Shown here: in pieces, positions 46,920-58,316 of the stretch | How the letters are laid out: each line of letters begins with the position of its first letter | How positions within the stretch are numbered: position 1 is the first letter of the stretch | Source: Candidatus Nitrosotenuis sp. | GTDB taxonomy: Archaea > Thermoproteota > Nitrososphaeria > Nitrososphaerales > Nitrosopumilaceae | NCBI GenBank assembly: GCA_016844685.1 | Contig: JAENJF010000001.1 | Span: 2,205 to 66,204 of the forward strand | Reading direction: 5' to 3' | DNA length: 64,000 bases | The notes under the pieces: model-generated | The model's database searches: none | Told to the model about the DNA's origin: nothing | Seen by the model: only the letters and a program-made list of their open reading frames with translations | Translations under genes and position numbers: made by a program

Positions 46920-49900
46920 ATGTCTGAAGACACGGCAATATCCCGAATTAAGGGAGTTCCAATGCCTGACTATTATCTGAAATACTATGAGCATCTCTCA
47001 GAGAAGGCATACCAGACATTTGAAAAGGCAGCTGAGGCAAAATCAACTCACGTTGACTCGTCAGGAATAGTAGAGCCAAAAATTGCCTTTGATCTTGCCG
47101 ACCGTGTTGCAAAGATGCACGACATTGATATTGCTGAACCACTACGTGAATTACTAAAAGTAAAAGGAAAGGAGCTTGCGGCTCTAGAATTATCAAAAAG
47201 CATAGCCTTGGGCAATTACTTGCCTAGGGAATCATCACTGGAAGAAAGACTTGACCTTGCAGTAAGAGTCGGCCTCGCAATAGTCACAGAAGGAGTCACG
47301 ATTGCACCACTCCAGGGAATAAGCGAGGTAACAATCAAAACCAATAAGGACGGCTCTGAATACCTCTCAGTTTCAATCGCAGGACCAATGAGATCTGCGG
47401 GTGGAACGGAATCTGCAGTAACAATGCTAATTGCAGACCATGTCAGAAAGGCAGTCGGCCTTGCAAAATATGTGGCAAATACATTTGATGATGAGACAGG
47501 CCGGTTCGTAGAGGAGCTTAGAATCTATGAAAGGGATGTTGGGAGCTTTCAGTTTCATGTCCTTGATGAGGACATTATTACAGTAATTTCGAACCTGCCT
47601 GTCGAACTTGATGGTGTGGATACTGACCCAAACGAGGTAGTTAACCACAAAAACATGGTTAGGATCAAGACTGATCGAGTAAGGGGAGGTGCCTTACGTG
47701 TGTTAAATGATGGATTGATTGGAAGATCAAAAAAACTACTCAAAAGAATAGAATTGTATGGCCTTGATGGCTGGGAGTGGTTAAATGATCTAAAAGGCGC
47801 AATCCAAACAGGTGATGATGAGGGAGCATCTGCAAAAAGACTCAAAGAGGTCATCGCAGGAAGATCTGTTTTATCTCTTCCAAACAAGCTTGGTGGGTTT
47901 AGGCTACGTTATGGTAGGTCTTGTAATACGGGCTTTGCCTCAGTTGGCGTACATCCGGTTGTGGCAGAAATACTGCATCATACAATAGCGGTTGGAACGC
48001 AGGTAAAGCTTGACGTTCCAAGCAAGGGCGCAACAATTGCCTTTGTTGATACCATTGAAACCCCAATTGTCAGGCTAAAAAATGGAAACGTGGTAAAAAT
48101 CCAAAACGTAGAACATGGAATCAAAATCAAAAACGACATAGGCAAGATCCTCCATCTTGGCGACATTCTGATCTCGTATGGCGATTTTCTTGAAAATAAT
48201 TCACAATTATTCCCAAGCGGTTATGTCGAGGAGTTTTGGGTGGAAGAACTACGCGAAAAACTTTTCAAATACGAGCCCAACTCTGGGATGGAAAAACTAG
48301 AGAAAACACCGTCATTTGATGAGGCATTAGAAATCTCAGTAAATTTTAAAATTCCACTACACCCAAAATACCTGTATTATTGGGAGCAAATCTCAATTGA
48401 TGAATTAAAAGAAATCTTACAGCCGGTAAATATCGCAGACGATACAATCACATATCCAAAAAAATGCAAAATAATTCTAGAAAAACTCGGAGTTCCACAT
48501 GAGGTCTTAGAAGACAATCTAATTCTTAGAGAAATGGAAGCGCGAATCTTTTACGAGTTGTTGTTTACAAATCCAATCAAATTTGAAAACCTAAGCACCG
48601 TACCAGAAATAATCTCAGAATCCTCTGGAATCAAGATACGCCCCAAGTTTTCAATCTCAATTGGAGTAAGAATTGGAAGGCCTGAAAAGGCAGCAGCACG
48701 ACAAATGAAGCCGCCCGTTCACACGTTGTTTCCAGTAGGCGAAAAGGGAGGCATGACACGCGACCTACTCAAGGCATGTGCCGCACCTGACTTTTACTGC
48801 AACATTTTCCACCGTATGTGCAAAAACTGCAACGAACCATCAATTAGCATAAACTGCCAAAAATGTGGGAGCAGAACCTCAACTGATTATACCTGTCCAA
48901 TCTGCAGATCAAACCTCGACTCTCCATATTGCCAAAAATGCAAAAAAAAGGCACCAACACACTCATTCAAGCCGTTTCCTCTAAAACAAAAGATATTCCT
49001 TGCACAAGAAAAAATGGGCATACGTGTACAAGAGCCGTTCAAGGGTGTAAGGGAACTAATCAACCAAGACAGAATAGCAGAACCTCTTGAAAAAGGCCTC
49101 ATCAGGCAAAGCCTAGATCTAACCGTATTCAAGGATGGAACAGTGCGCTTTGATGCGACAAATTCACCTCTGACCCATTTCAAACCGTCATGGATTGGAA
49201 CATCAATTGAAAAACTCAAGGAGTTGGGCTATACGCATGATTCAGATGGAAACCCACTGACAAACCCTGATCAAATCATCGAAATCAGAATGCAGGATGT
49301 GATCATTCCATTTGAGAGTGGGAGGTATCTTGTGCAGACCTGCAAGTACATTGACATTGAACTTGAAAAGTTCTATGGAAAATCTACATTTTACAATGTA
49401 AAGAACATAGATGATCTTGTTGGGCATTTGATTATTGGCTTGGCGCCACACACGTCAGTCGGTATAGTTGGAAGAATAATTGGTTACACTGAAACACATG
49501 TTTGTTATGGTACTCCAAACTGGCATTCTGCAAAACGTCGTGATGCAGATGGGGACGCAGACTCGATAATGTTACTAATGGACGCACTACTCAACTTTTC
49601 AAGACAATTTCTATCAGACAAAATTGGTGGTCTCATGGACGCTCCACTTTTAGTGCAACCAATAGTTTTGCCTCATGAATCACAGCCGCAAGCACATAAC
49701 TTTGAGGTGACAAAAAAACTACCGTTGGAATTTTTTGAATCCACGTTTCAGGGAAAAAAGGCATCAGAGATATCCAGCATTGAAATAATAAAATCACGCC
49801 TTGAAACAAAGGAACAATTCTATGGGTATCATTACACACATTCCACATCGACTCTTACCACTTCAAGATCAAGGAGTGCCTATTCTACACTTGGCTCAAT

Positions 49901-50291
49901 GCTTGATAAATTTGACATGCAGATTCGAAATGCCGAACTCATAAACGCAGTTGACGCAAATGAGATTGTCACAAATGTCCTCACAACACATCTTGTGCCA
50001 GATATAATTGGAAACCTAAGGGCATACGGAAGACAGAAATTCAGATGTACTGCGTGTGGAAGAAAATACAGACGAACTCCACTACTCCAACACTGTGTTT
50101 GTGGAAACAAGTTAATCCAGACAATAACGAGGCCATCCATTGAAAAATACCTCAAACTTGCAAAGAGGCTTGTCGAAAAATATGAGGTTGGACCATATCT
50201 GAAGGGAAGAATCTACACACTTTCAGACGAAATAGATCTCGTATTTGGTAAAAGAAAGGGCGATCAGTTACTTCTTACCGATTACGAGTAA
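46920..50291 (+). CDS. polC: DNA polymerase D large subunit DP2
   Basis: AGPMRSAGGT, GGFRLRYGR, RIGRPEKA, KDGTVRFD, LAPHTS, DGD catalytic loop, C-terminal Zn finger; no intein seen. Confidence 0.96.
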   Translation: MSEDTAISRIKGVPMPDYYLKYYEHLSEKAYQTFEKAAEAKSTHVDSSGIVEPKIAFDLADRVAKMHDIDIAEPLRELLKVKGKELAALELSKSIALGNYLPRESSLEERLDLAVRVGLAIVTEGVTIAPLQGISEVTIKTNKDGSEYLSVSIAGPMRSAGGTESAVTMLIADHVRKAVGLAKYVANTFDDETGRFVEELRIYERDVGSFQFHVLDEDIITVISNLPVELDGVDTDPNEVVNHKNMVRIKTDRVRGGALRVLNDGLIGRSKKLLKRIELYGLDGWEWLNDLKGAIQTGDDEGASAKRLKEVIAGRSVLSLPNKLGGFRLRYGRSCNTGFASVGVHPVVAEILHHTIAVGTQVKLDVPSKGATIAFVDTIETPIVRLKNGNVVKIQNVEHGIKIKNDIGKILHLGDILISYGDFLENNSQLFPSGYVEEFWVEELREKLFKYEPNSGMEKLEKTPSFDEALEISVNFKIPLHPKYLYYWEQISIDELKEILQPVNIADDTITYPKKCKIILEKLGVPHEVLEDNLILREMEARIFYELLFTNPIKFENLSTVPEIISESSGIKIRPKFSISIGVRIGRPEKAAARQMKPPVHTLFPVGEKGGMTRDLLKACAAPDFYCNIFHRMCKNCNEPSISINCQKCGSRTSTDYTCPICRSNLDSPYCQKCKKKAPTHSFKPFPLKQKIFLAQEKMGIRVQEPFKGVRELINQDRIAEPLEKGLIRQSLDLTVFKDGTVRFDATNSPLTHFKPSWIGTSIEKLKELGYTHDSDGNPLTNPDQIIEIRMQDVIIPFESGRYLVQTCKYIDIELEKFYGKSTFYNVKNIDDLVGHLIIGLAPHTSVGIVGRIIGYTETHVCYGTPNWHSAKRRDADGDADSIMLLMDALLNFSRQFLSDKIGGLMDAPLLVQPIVLPHESQPQAHNFEVTKKLPLEFFESTFQGKKASEISSIEIIKSRLETKEQFYGYHYTHSTSTLTTSRSRSAYSTLGSMLDKFDMQIRNAELINAVDANEIVTNVLTTHLVPDIIGNLRAYGRQKFRCTACGRKYRRTPLLQHCVCGNKLIQTITRPSIEKYLKLAKRLVEKYEVGPYLKGRIYTLSDEIDLVFGKRKGDQLLLTDYE

Positions 50292-50294
50292 ATT

Positions 50295-51617
50295 CTATCT
50301 GAGCTTTACGTATTCGTAGGCACCAAGCTTGTTGTCAAAACAATAATGCACCTTTTGGTAATCCTTTCTGAATTTTTTTACATTTGATACCATTTTCTTG
50401 GGGTCCTTTTTGTCAATTATAATTTTTTTGATAAAGGACGCAATCTCTTTCATTTCAGACCCCTTCATACCAAGTCTTGTTATTTCTGCAACACCAAGTC
50501 TAATTCCTCCTGGGTGGAAATAGTTTCTTCCTGCCTTGATATCACCTGGGATTAACTGCCTGTTTACGATTATGTTTGCCTTTTCCAAATCTGCCTCTAC
50601 TTTTCCACCATCACTGTAATCAAGAACATTGACTGCAATTTGGTGTGATTTTGTGAATCCTCGTTTTTCTCCCAAAACCTTGAAACCACTTTCACTCAAA
50701 GCCTCCGCCAAAACTTTTGCATTCTTTATTACTTGTTTTGCATAATCCTTGCCAAACTCTAGTGCCTCTGCAAAGGTGATTGCCTTTGCTGCCATGTGAT
50801 GAATGTGATGACTACTTGTAAGGCCTGGAAATATTGCTTTCTTTATTGCCTCACCATATTTTTCAGCTGCCAAGACAAGACCTCCCTGCGGACCAAACAA
50901 TGTCTTATGTGTACTCATTGTCATACTGTCTGCCCCCTCCCTTAGAGGATCTTGGAACTGGCCGCCAGCAATCAGACCTGCGACATGTGCTGCATCATAG
51001 TTAATGTGGATGTTATAGCTTTTCAGAAAATCGGCAAGCTCCTTTACTGGATGGGGGAACAAAAATAATGAGCCACCAAACATTGCCATCTTGGGCAACC
51101 TGCCCGCCTTTTCGAGCTCTTTGACTTTGTCTTTGGTTTTATCTACATCAATTGTCATCTCTTCGGCATCAAATGGATAGAATTCAACATCAAGTCCGTG
51201 GACTAGTCCTGCAGTTCCAGAATGTTCCTTTTTGCCATGGGAAATGTGACCACCTGCTGGAATGGATGGCGCAATCATGATGTCCCCTGGATTGGTAAAA
51301 GCAGAATAAATTGCAAGATTTGCCACAACGCCAGAAATTGGTCTTACGTCAGCAAACTCTGCCTTGAAGAGTTTTTTTGCAAGCGCCATACACTCAAACT
51401 CGACCTCATCAATGTAGATACAGCCTGCATAGACACGCTCACCAGGCCAACCCTCTGCGTATCTATTCCCAAAGTCTGAAAGCAGCGCCTCTTTTACGGC
51501 CGGACTAGGGATATTTTCACTTGCGATAAGCGGAATAGAATTCTCAAACCACTTGTTATGGGTCTGAAGACTGGATAGAATTTTTTTATAAGAATCTCGA
51601 TTTGATGCCTTTACCAT
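50295..51617 (-). CDS. glyA: serine hydroxymethyltransferase
   Basis: LIASEN, RYAEG, GGHISHG, YDAAHVAGL, STHKTLFGPQGG. Confidence 0.95.
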   Translation of the reverse strand: MVKASNRDSYKKILSSLQTHNKWFENSIPLIASENIPSPAVKEALLSDFGNRYAEGWPGERVYAGCIYIDEVEFECMALAKKLFKAEFADVRPISGVVANLAIYSAFTNPGDIMIAPSIPAGGHISHGKKEHSGTAGLVHGLDVEFYPFDAEEMTIDVDKTKDKVKELEKAGRLPKMAMFGGSLFLFPHPVKELADFLKSYNIHINYDAAHVAGLIAGGQFQDPLREGADSMTMSTHKTLFGPQGGLVLAAEKYGEAIKKAIFPGLTSSHHIHHMAAKAITFAEALEFGKDYAKQVIKNAKVLAEALSESGFKVLGEKRGFTKSHQIAVNVLDYSDGGKVEADLEKANIIVNRQLIPGDIKAGRNYFHPGGIRLGVAEITRLGMKGSEMKEIASFIKKIIIDKKDPKKMVSNVKKFRKDYQKVHYCFDNKLGAYEYVKLR

Positions 51618-51713
51618 GTTGTAGCGGCTTATTTTCCCAATTTAAAAACACCGATTTTGTAATTCCAAAAAACAAACAAAGTATAAAAGGGGAAAAATAA
51701 AATCTTCATCATT

Positions 51714-53411
51714 ATGAGCATGCAAACCCAAAGAGGAAGCTTACCTGTTATCTTACTAAAAGAAGGATCATCTGAAAACAAAGGCCGTGAAGCCCAAAAA
51801 AACAACATTCAGGCAGCTAAAATTATTGCCGAAATAGTCCGTAGCAGCTTAGGTCCAAGAGGAATGGACAAAATGCTAGTTGACTCTTTAGGCGACGTTA
51901 CCATAACAAACGACGGCGCTACGATTCTAAAGGAAATTGATGTCCAACACCCAGCAGCAAAAATGCTAGTAGAGATCGCAAAGACAACCGATTCCGAAGT
52001 AGGAGATGGAACTACATCTGCAGTTGTCCTGGCAGGCGCATTATTGGAAAACGCCGAATCACTCCTAGCCCAGAATGTTCATCCAACAGTTATCGTTGAT
52101 GGTTACAGAAAGGCATCAAGAAAAGCACTACAATACCTAAAAGAAATAGCAGAAGAGGTCACTGCAAACGACAAGTCAATTTTAACAAAAATTGCAAGAA
52201 CATCAATGCAGACAAAAATTGTAAGAGCAGATTCCAATTATTTAGCTGATCTTATTGTAAAGGCAGTAGTATCCGTAGCAGAAAAAGACAACAACAAATT
52301 CGTAATTGATCAGGACGATGTCAAAGTAGAAAAAAAGGCTGGCGGTTCAATGAAGGATTCTGTTTTAGTTGAAGGTATAGTCTTAGACAAAGAAGTAGTC
52401 CATAGCGGAATGCCAAAAAATATTACTGATGCAAAAATTGCACTAGTCAACTCTGCGCTTGAAATTGACAAAACTGAATTTGATGCAAAAATCAACATCT
52501 CAAATCCACAACAAATGAAGACATTCCTAGATGAAGAAAACAGAATGATCAAAAACATGGTGGACAAAGTTATTGCCTCTGGCGCAAGTGTGCTTTTATG
52601 TCAAAAGGGAATTGATGATATGGCCCAACACTACTTGGCTCGAGCAGGAATTTTGGCAGTAAGAAGAGTAAAGGAAAGTGACCTGACAAAGCTTGCAAAA
52701 GCAACCAGTGCTAGAATTGTTACTAACCTTGATGACTTGTTTGAAAAAGATCTTGGGGCTGCACAACTAGTCGAAGAAAGAAAAATTGAGGAAGACAGAT
52801 GGGTCTTTGTTGAGGGATGCAAGAATCCAAAAGCAGTAACACTTCTGTTAAGAGGTGGCTCACAAAGAGTAGTCGACGAAGTTGAAAGATCAGTTCATGA
52901 CGCAATTATGGTTGTAAAGGATGTAATGGAAAACCCAGCAATTGTGGCAGGCGGTGGTGCCCCAGAGACATTTGCTGCAACAAAAATTAGATCTTGGGCC
53001 AAATCACTTGAAGGTCGCGAACAACTTGCAGTAGAAAAATTTGCAGACTCGCTTGAAATAATTCCAATGACACTCTCTGAGAATGCGGGAATGGATCCAA
53101 TTGACACACTAACGAATTTACGCTCAAAACAACTCAAAGGAGAAAAATGGACTGGAATTGATGTCATGAAGGGCAAAGTCGGCAACATGAAAACAAGTGA
53201 AATAATCGAACCACTAGCAGTAAAAAACCAAATCGTATCATCGGCAACCGAGGCTGCCTGCATGCTTCTTAGAATAGATGATGTAATTGCAATTGCTAAA
53301 TCTGCAGGACCACCAGGGGGAGGAGGTGGTATGCCTGGAATGGGTGACATGGGCGGTATGCCTGGAATGGGTGGCATGCCAGGAATGGGCGATATGGGCG
53401 GAATGATGTAA
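51714..53411 (+). CDS. ths: thermosome (group II chaperonin) subunit
   Basis: [33 protein letters not shown]-rich tail. Confidence 0.96.
   Translation: MSMQTQRGSLPVILLKEGSSENKGREAQKNNIQAAKIIAEIVRSSLGPRGMDKMLVDSLGDVTITNDGATILKEIDVQHPAAKMLVEIAKTTDSEVGDGTTSAVVLAGALLENAESLLAQNVHPTVIVDGYRKASRKALQYLKEIAEEVTANDKSILTKIARTSMQTKIVRADSNYLADLIVKAVVSVAEKDNNKFVIDQDDVKVEKKAGGSMKDSVLVEGIVLDKEVVHSGMPKNITDAKIALVNSALEIDKTEFDAKINISNPQQMKTFLDEENRMIKNMVDKVIASGASVLLCQKGIDDMAQHYLARAGILAVRRVKESDLTKLAKATSARIVTNLDDLFEKDLGAAQLVEERKIEEDRWVFVEGCKNPKAVTLLLRGGSQRVVDEVERSVHDAIMVVKDVMENPAIVAGGGAPETFAATKIRSWAKSLEGREQLAVEKFADSLEIIPMTLSENAGMDPIDTLTNLRSKQLKGEKWTGIDVMKGKVGNMKTSEIIEPLAVKNQIVSSATEAACMLLRIDDVIAIAKSAGPPGGGGGMPGMGDMGGMPGMGGMPGMGDMGGMM
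53329..53408 (+). repeat. coding tandem repeat (GGM/MPGM tail of thermosome)
   Basis: Repeated ATGCC(T/A)GGAATGGG units encoding MPGMG. Confidence 0.85.
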
Positions 53412-53473
53412 GCATACAAATTACAAAATTATTTTTCAAACGTTTATTTGCCAACATTCTTTAGAAAAAATCG

Positions 53474-53755
53474 TTGAGCGGTGCAACCAAAGTAATCGCT
53501 GGCGTCAAGTATACATATGTGATAGGATTTTTCGCATTACTTTCTGGCATTTTTTATCCGTTTGTCCAAGGCGGTACACTCGACTATACAGTTCTTGGAA
53601 CAGTGATATTGTTTGTCGGATTGGCGGGAGGAATTCTAGTGTACAAGGCAGCGACCTCAGAGAAAAGGCGTGGAATCTATATCGGAATTGGCTTTGGTCT
53701 GATTGCAATATCGCTTACTTACATTTTGCAACTTACTGGAAGGCAAATATTCTAG
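53474..53755 (+). CDS. small membrane protein (3 TM)
   Basis: 93-aa hydrophobic ORF. Confidence 0.72.
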   Translation: MSGATKVIAGVKYTYVIGFFALLSGIFYPFVQGGTLDYTVLGTVILFVGLAGGILVYKAATSEKRRGIYIGIGFGLIAISLTYILQLTGRQIF

Positions 53756-55212
53756 ACATCAAAATAAAGATAGAACTCGTGCGGATGAGGTCTGATCGAA
53801 ATTTCGCGATGATCCCTTCTTTCTAGTTCTATTATTTTATCAATCACATCATTTGTGAATATTGGATCGAGGAACTTGCGGTCACTTTCTAATTCATCTA
53901 ATGCCTCACCCAAATTGGCTGGAACCGTCTTTATTCCTCGTTTAACACGTTCCTCTTTTGACATCTTGTAAATGTCTTCTAGAACTGGATCGCCTGGCTC
54001 TGTCTTTTTCTTTATTCCATCAAGACCTGCTAATAATACTGCTGAAAACACCAAGTAGGGATTTGCAGAAGGATCTGGTGCTCTATACTCGAATCTTTTA
54101 AGATATGCGTATTTTTCCCCTATGAAGTGTTGGGGAACTCTGATTGCAGCAGACCTATTGCTTGGACTCCATGCAATGTATACTGGTGCCTCATACCCCG
54201 GAACCAATCTGTGATAAGAGTTTGTAGTTGGATTTGTGATTGCACATAATGCTCTCGCATGACTTAGGATTCCACCACAAAAGTATCTTCCAACCTGGCT
54301 TATCTCATCTTTTTCATCCTTGTCAAAAAATACATTTTTCTTGTTCTTCCATAGGCTGACGTTTGTGTGCATGCCGGAGCCCGCATCCATGGAAATTGGC
54401 TTTGGCATCATTGTTGCAACCTTGCCAAACTTCTGAGCAATGTTCCTAACAGCAAACTTGTATGTTTGTGCGCCGTCTGCGGCATTAGTCAAATAATCAT
54501 ACCTGATATCAATTTCACACTGACCTGCAGAGCCAACCTCATGGTGATGGTTGTCGCACAAAATTCCAAAATACTCGTTTAAAATATCGACACATTCGTT
54601 TCTAAACGAAGTCAAGGTATCAGAAGGCGTACTTGGGTAGTATCCTTCCTGTAATCCCATTGGGTAACCTGTTCCTTCCTGACTCCATGGAGCTTCTTTT
54701 GATTCTATGGAATACGATTGGCCTTTGTATGGAGTCAAAACATCCCAGTGAACTTTGTCAAAAACAAAGAATTCTACTTCAGGACCCCAATAGCTAAAAT
54801 CAAAGCCTTGCGCCTTTTGATGCTCTTCTGCCTTCTGTGCAATTCCTCTTGGATCGCGTTCTAGTCTTCCCCTTCCACGGCCCCAGTAAATATCACAAAG
54901 TAACCTGGCTGTTTTTTTCTCAGTGATCCATGGAATGATTGCAAATGTATTTGGGTCTGGCTTTAAAACGAGGTCAGAATCATCCACATTGGTAAATCCG
55001 ACAATTGAAGAACCATCAAGCTTTGGGAGCCCGTCCTGCATTTGTTCGGGAGTAAAAGTATCGGCTGATATTGTGGTATGGTGAAATCTGCCAAGCAGAC
55101 TAGAAAACTGCAAATCGATAAATCTGATATTTTCGTGCTTTATCTTTGCGAAAACCTCGTCGGAGGAATATTTTATCTGAGTTGCTTCACCGTGAGTTAC
55201 TTTATATGGCAA
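53752..55212 (-). CDS. glnA: glutamine synthetase type I
   Basis: DGSSI, GPEVEFF, HHEVG, MPKP...GSGMHTN, RLVPGYEAP, NRSAAIR, EYRAPDP. Confidence 0.96.
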   Translation of the reverse strand: MPYKVTHGEATQIKYSSDEVFAKIKHENIRFIDLQFSSLLGRFHHTTISADTFTPEQMQDGLPKLDGSSIVGFTNVDDSDLVLKPDPNTFAIIPWITEKKTARLLCDIYWGRGRGRLERDPRGIAQKAEEHQKAQGFDFSYWGPEVEFFVFDKVHWDVLTPYKGQSYSIESKEAPWSQEGTGYPMGLQEGYYPSTPSDTLTSFRNECVDILNEYFGILCDNHHHEVGSAGQCEIDIRYDYLTNAADGAQTYKFAVRNIAQKFGKVATMMPKPISMDAGSGMHTNVSLWKNKKNVFFDKDEKDEISQVGRYFCGGILSHARALCAITNPTTNSYHRLVPGYEAPVYIAWSPSNRSAAIRVPQHFIGEKYAYLKRFEYRAPDPSANPYLVFSAVLLAGLDGIKKKTEPGDPVLEDIYKMSKEERVKRGIKTVPANLGEALDELESDRKFLDPIFTNDVIDKIIELERRDHREISIRPHPHEFYLYFDV

Positions 55213-55268
55213 TTTACTCTCTTCAAATTTACACGAAGGAATCTACCATTTAAGGATTCAGGTGCATA

Positions 55269-55826
55269 ATGTCAGAAGCAAAAAAAATCGATGTAAACTC
55301 GTTGTATAGCGTTCTACTTAGAGAGGTGGAGAATGATTCGGTACAGGAACTGGATCCAGAGCTTTATGCTTCAATTTCAGAGTATGTTGGAAAGCTAAAA
55401 AGTGAGGGTTATGACGGAATTGAAAACAAGATAAAAAACAAGCTTGTCGAGATGATAACTCAAATTACGATGATTCTCTTAAAGACTAGAATTGAAAAGG
55501 TAACGGAGCAGCAGGAGCTTGACTTTACAAATCTTCTTGATGCAGAAAAATTCATTTTGGAATCTCAGCAAGACATTCGCGAAAGAAAAGAAATGATCCT
55601 TTCTGCAACCCTGAACGGAAGAACCAAAGTCTTGGAATCCGTATCAAAAAAACACAAGACAAAGCCAATCACGGTTAGATTCCTACAGGACTTTGACCAG
55701 TTTGTTGGTGCTGACTTTACAAAATATGGGCCGTTCAAGACAGAGGACATTGCGACAATTCCAAACGAAAATGCCCAGGCCTTAATTGCCAAAAATATTT
55801 CAGTCAAATTACACTTGGAAGACTAG
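55269..55826 (+). CDS. GINS complex protein (Gins51-type, C-terminal B domain)
   Basis: Helical N-terminal part (E...LDPELY) and C-terminal VRFLQD...VGAD..KYGPFK.EDIATIP..NA..L. Confidence 0.8.
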   Translation: MSEAKKIDVNSLYSVLLREVENDSVQELDPELYASISEYVGKLKSEGYDGIENKIKNKLVEMITQITMILLKTRIEKVTEQQELDFTNLLDAEKFILESQQDIRERKEMILSATLNGRTKVLESVSKKHKTKPITVRFLQDFDQFVGADFTKYGPFKTEDIATIPNENAQALIAKNISVKLHLED

Positions 55827-55861
55827 ATAGAAATACCGACTTGCCAAAACAATAATCAAAG

Positions 55862-56137
55862 ATGTCGCACCTCAACGTTGATGTCATAGACTTTCTCCTA
55901 CTTACCATTTATCCTGTTGCAGGACTCTTTATCGTAGAAATGACAAGTAGAGCAATCAAGCTAAAAAACTGGATAAAGCTTACATCGCAGGCGATTCTTT
56001 CTATTGGGTTTGCAGTTGCTTATCTGACCTTGATTACTGCACACTGGCTTACAGCATTTGTCTTGTTCGCACTTGCAACAGCATTGTTCTATCAGGCAAG
56101 ACTTTCAAAACTAAAGCCTGGCAGATCAATGTACTAG
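55862..56137 (+). CDS. small membrane protein
   Basis: 91 aa, three hydrophobic segments. Confidence 0.72.
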   Translation: MSHLNVDVIDFLLLTIYPVAGLFIVEMTSRAIKLKNWIKLTSQAILSIGFAVAYLTLITAHWLTAFVLFALATALFYQARLSKLKPGRSMY

Positions 56138-56361
56138 TTTTTTCGCCTGCGGAATATTTTTTTGAGGAGCCCACTCTTTTGTTCTCTTATTACACCCTTT
56201 TGCCCAAATCGTTTTGCCCTAATCTGAGATAGCTTGACACACCTATGTTCTTCTGGCAGTCTGTGATCGGAACAGAAAGGATCTTTGCAGTAATTACACT
56301 CAAATGGTAACTCTGTTTCGTTGCCGCAATATGTGCAATCGACCTTCTTCAATGGCTTCAC
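56134..56361 (-). CDS. AN1-type zinc finger protein
   Basis: CTYC...PFECNYCKDPFCSDHRLPEEHRC. Confidence 0.9.
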   Translation of the reverse strand: MKPLKKVDCTYCGNETELPFECNYCKDPFCSDHRLPEEHRCVKLSQIRAKRFGQKGVIREQKSGLLKKIFRRRKN

Positions 56362-56393
56362 TTGATTTTGTTATTTAATAAACCATAAAGTTT

Positions 56394-57176
56394 TTGCAAA
56401 AACATAAAACAATGATCAAAACCAAACTGGATGTAATGATAAAAGATAAGGTTGCCATGATTACCGGTGCAAGTAGTGGCATTGGATACGTAACTGCCTT
56501 GGCACTATCAAAGGCGGGGGCAAAGGTAGCAATTGGTGCAAGACGCACCGATAAATTGGAATTGCTAAAAGATCAAATTATAAAAAAAGGGGGGGAGGTT
56601 TTTGTCCAGAAACTGGACGTGACAAAAAAATCAGACTGTGATTCGTTTGTTGACGCTGTGATCAAAAAATGGGGAACAATAGATATTCTGATAAACAACG
56701 CAGGCTTGATGCCGCTAAGTTTTATGAAAAATCTCAAAGTAAACGAATGGGACCAAATGATTGATGTCAACATAAAGGGAGTACTATACTGCACGGCTGC
56801 TGTAATCCCACACATGCTTGCAAAAAAATCAGGACACATTGTCAACATTTCATCTGTTGCAGGAAGAATTGTCTTTCCTTCAGGAACAGTTTACTGTGCA
56901 ACAAAGCACGCAGTTACTGCCATAAGTGAGGGACTGCGACAAGAATTCAGCCAGCGCTCCGGCATACGTGTAACATGTGTTGAGCCAGGCGTTGTGGCGA
57001 CTGAGCTCACAAACACCATAACGGATGACAACCTCAAGTCATTTGTCGAGTCTACAAAAAAAATGGAGGCATTGCATGGCGAAGACATCGCAAATGCGAT
57101 TTTATACGCAGTAGAATCACCAAACCACGTAAACGTAAACGAAATTCTGATCAGACCCGTAACACAAGAACGCTAG
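56394..57176 (+). CDS. SDR family oxidoreductase
   Basis: TGASSGIG, NNAG, YCATK; true start probably ATG 56436. Confidence 0.93.
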   Translation: MQKHKTMIKTKLDVMIKDKVAMITGASSGIGYVTALALSKAGAKVAIGARRTDKLELLKDQIIKKGGEVFVQKLDVTKKSDCDSFVDAVIKKWGTIDILINNAGLMPLSFMKNLKVNEWDQMIDVNIKGVLYCTAAVIPHMLAKKSGHIVNISSVAGRIVFPSGTVYCATKHAVTAISEGLRQEFSQRSGIRVTCVEPGVVATELTNTITDDNLKSFVESTKKMEALHGEDIANAILYAVESPNHVNVNEILIRPVTQER

Positions 57177-58316
57177 ATGGTATCACAAATTATCATCATA
57201 GGTGGGGGATTTGGTGGACTTGCAGCAGCAAACGAACTACGAACAAACCTTCCATCCGATGTAAAAATTACCATCGTTGACAAAAAAGACTATTTCATGA
57301 TGGATCTAGTCAAGCTTTGGATCATAAAGGGAACAAGAAAATTTGAGACCTCAAAAAGACCTTTGAATACAATAGTAAAGAAAGGAATTGATTTTGTAAA
57401 TGAGCAGGTAGCATCAATCGATACAAACCAAAAGAAAGTAAAAACTACAACAAAGGAATTTTCTTACGATTATCTGATTGTGGCAGCCGGAGTTGAGCTT
57501 GCGCCTGAAAAAATTCCTGGCCTGTCTGCAAATGGAATGATACTATATGATTTGGAACACGCGTCAAAAATCAGGCAAAAAATACTGGACATGAAATCCG
57601 GCAAGATTGCCTTTGCAATTACTGGAATGCCATACAAGTGCCCACCTGCCCCCTTTGAAGCAGCATTAATAATCAATTCCATGCTGCAAGAAACTGGTAC
57701 ACGAAAAAATATCTCAATTGACTTTTACAGTTTGGGGCCAATTACACTTCCTGCAGCAGGACCCGAGGTAAGTAAACAACTGCTAGACATATTGGAATCA
57801 GAGAACATCAAGTTTCATGGTTCTTGTAAGACCATATCAGTTGAGAAAAACTTACTAAAATTCGAGGATAAAAGTATTGCAAATTTTGATTTGTTGATTG
57901 CCATTCCACCACACAAGGCACCACAAGTAATCTATGATGCCGGACTAGCACAAGAAGGCACATTCATCTCTGTGAAGCGAGACTGCAAGACACAATTTGA
58001 CAATGTCTATGCTGTCGGTGATGTCACAAACATGATGGTAACAGATAAAATCGCAGTTCCAAAGGCTGGAATATTTGCAGAAGGCCAAGGTGTTGCAGTA
58101 GCACAAGACATCATCTCTCAGATAAGAAAAGAAAAAACAAATTCAATTTTTGAAGGGAAAGGTGGCTGTTTTGTTGAAATGGGAACAACTGCCGGATACG
58201 TTTATGTTGATATGTTTGCAGAACCAAACCCAATAACACGACTTGACAAGCCTGCACCTGAACACATGGAAGAAAAGGAACAATTTGAAAAAGAACGAAT
58301 AGAAAAGTGGTTATGA
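57177..58316 (+). CDS. FAD-dependent oxidoreductase, sulfide:quinone oxidoreductase-like
   Basis: GGGFGG, YKCPPAPFE, VYAVGD, PKAG.FA, GGCFVEMG. Confidence 0.82.
   Translation: MVSQIIIIGGGFGGLAAANELRTNLPSDVKITIVDKKDYFMMDLVKLWIIKGTRKFETSKRPLNTIVKKGIDFVNEQVASIDTNQKKVKTTTKEFSYDYLIVAAGVELAPEKIPGLSANGMILYDLEHASKIRQKILDMKSGKIAFAITGMPYKCPPAPFEAALIINSMLQETGTRKNISIDFYSLGPITLPAAGPEVSKQLLDILESENIKFHGSCKTISVEKNLLKFEDKSIANFDLLIAIPPHKAPQVIYDAGLAQEGTFISVKRDCKTQFDNVYAVGDVTNMMVTDKIAVPKAGIFAEGQGVAVAQDIISQIRKEKTNSIFEGKGGCFVEMGTTAGYVYVDMFAEPNPITRLDKPAPEHMEEKEQFEKERIEKWL

Noticed and set aside
49530-49570. DP2 catalytic loop reads RDADGDAD instead of RNCDGDED
   Set aside because: The DGD aspartates are intact; probably a lineage variant, not inactivation
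55213-55268. Short GAATC...GATTC dyad between glnA and the GINS gene as a nitrogen operator
   Set aside because: Only 5-bp arms, and it does not match the NrpR GGAA-N6-TTCC consensus
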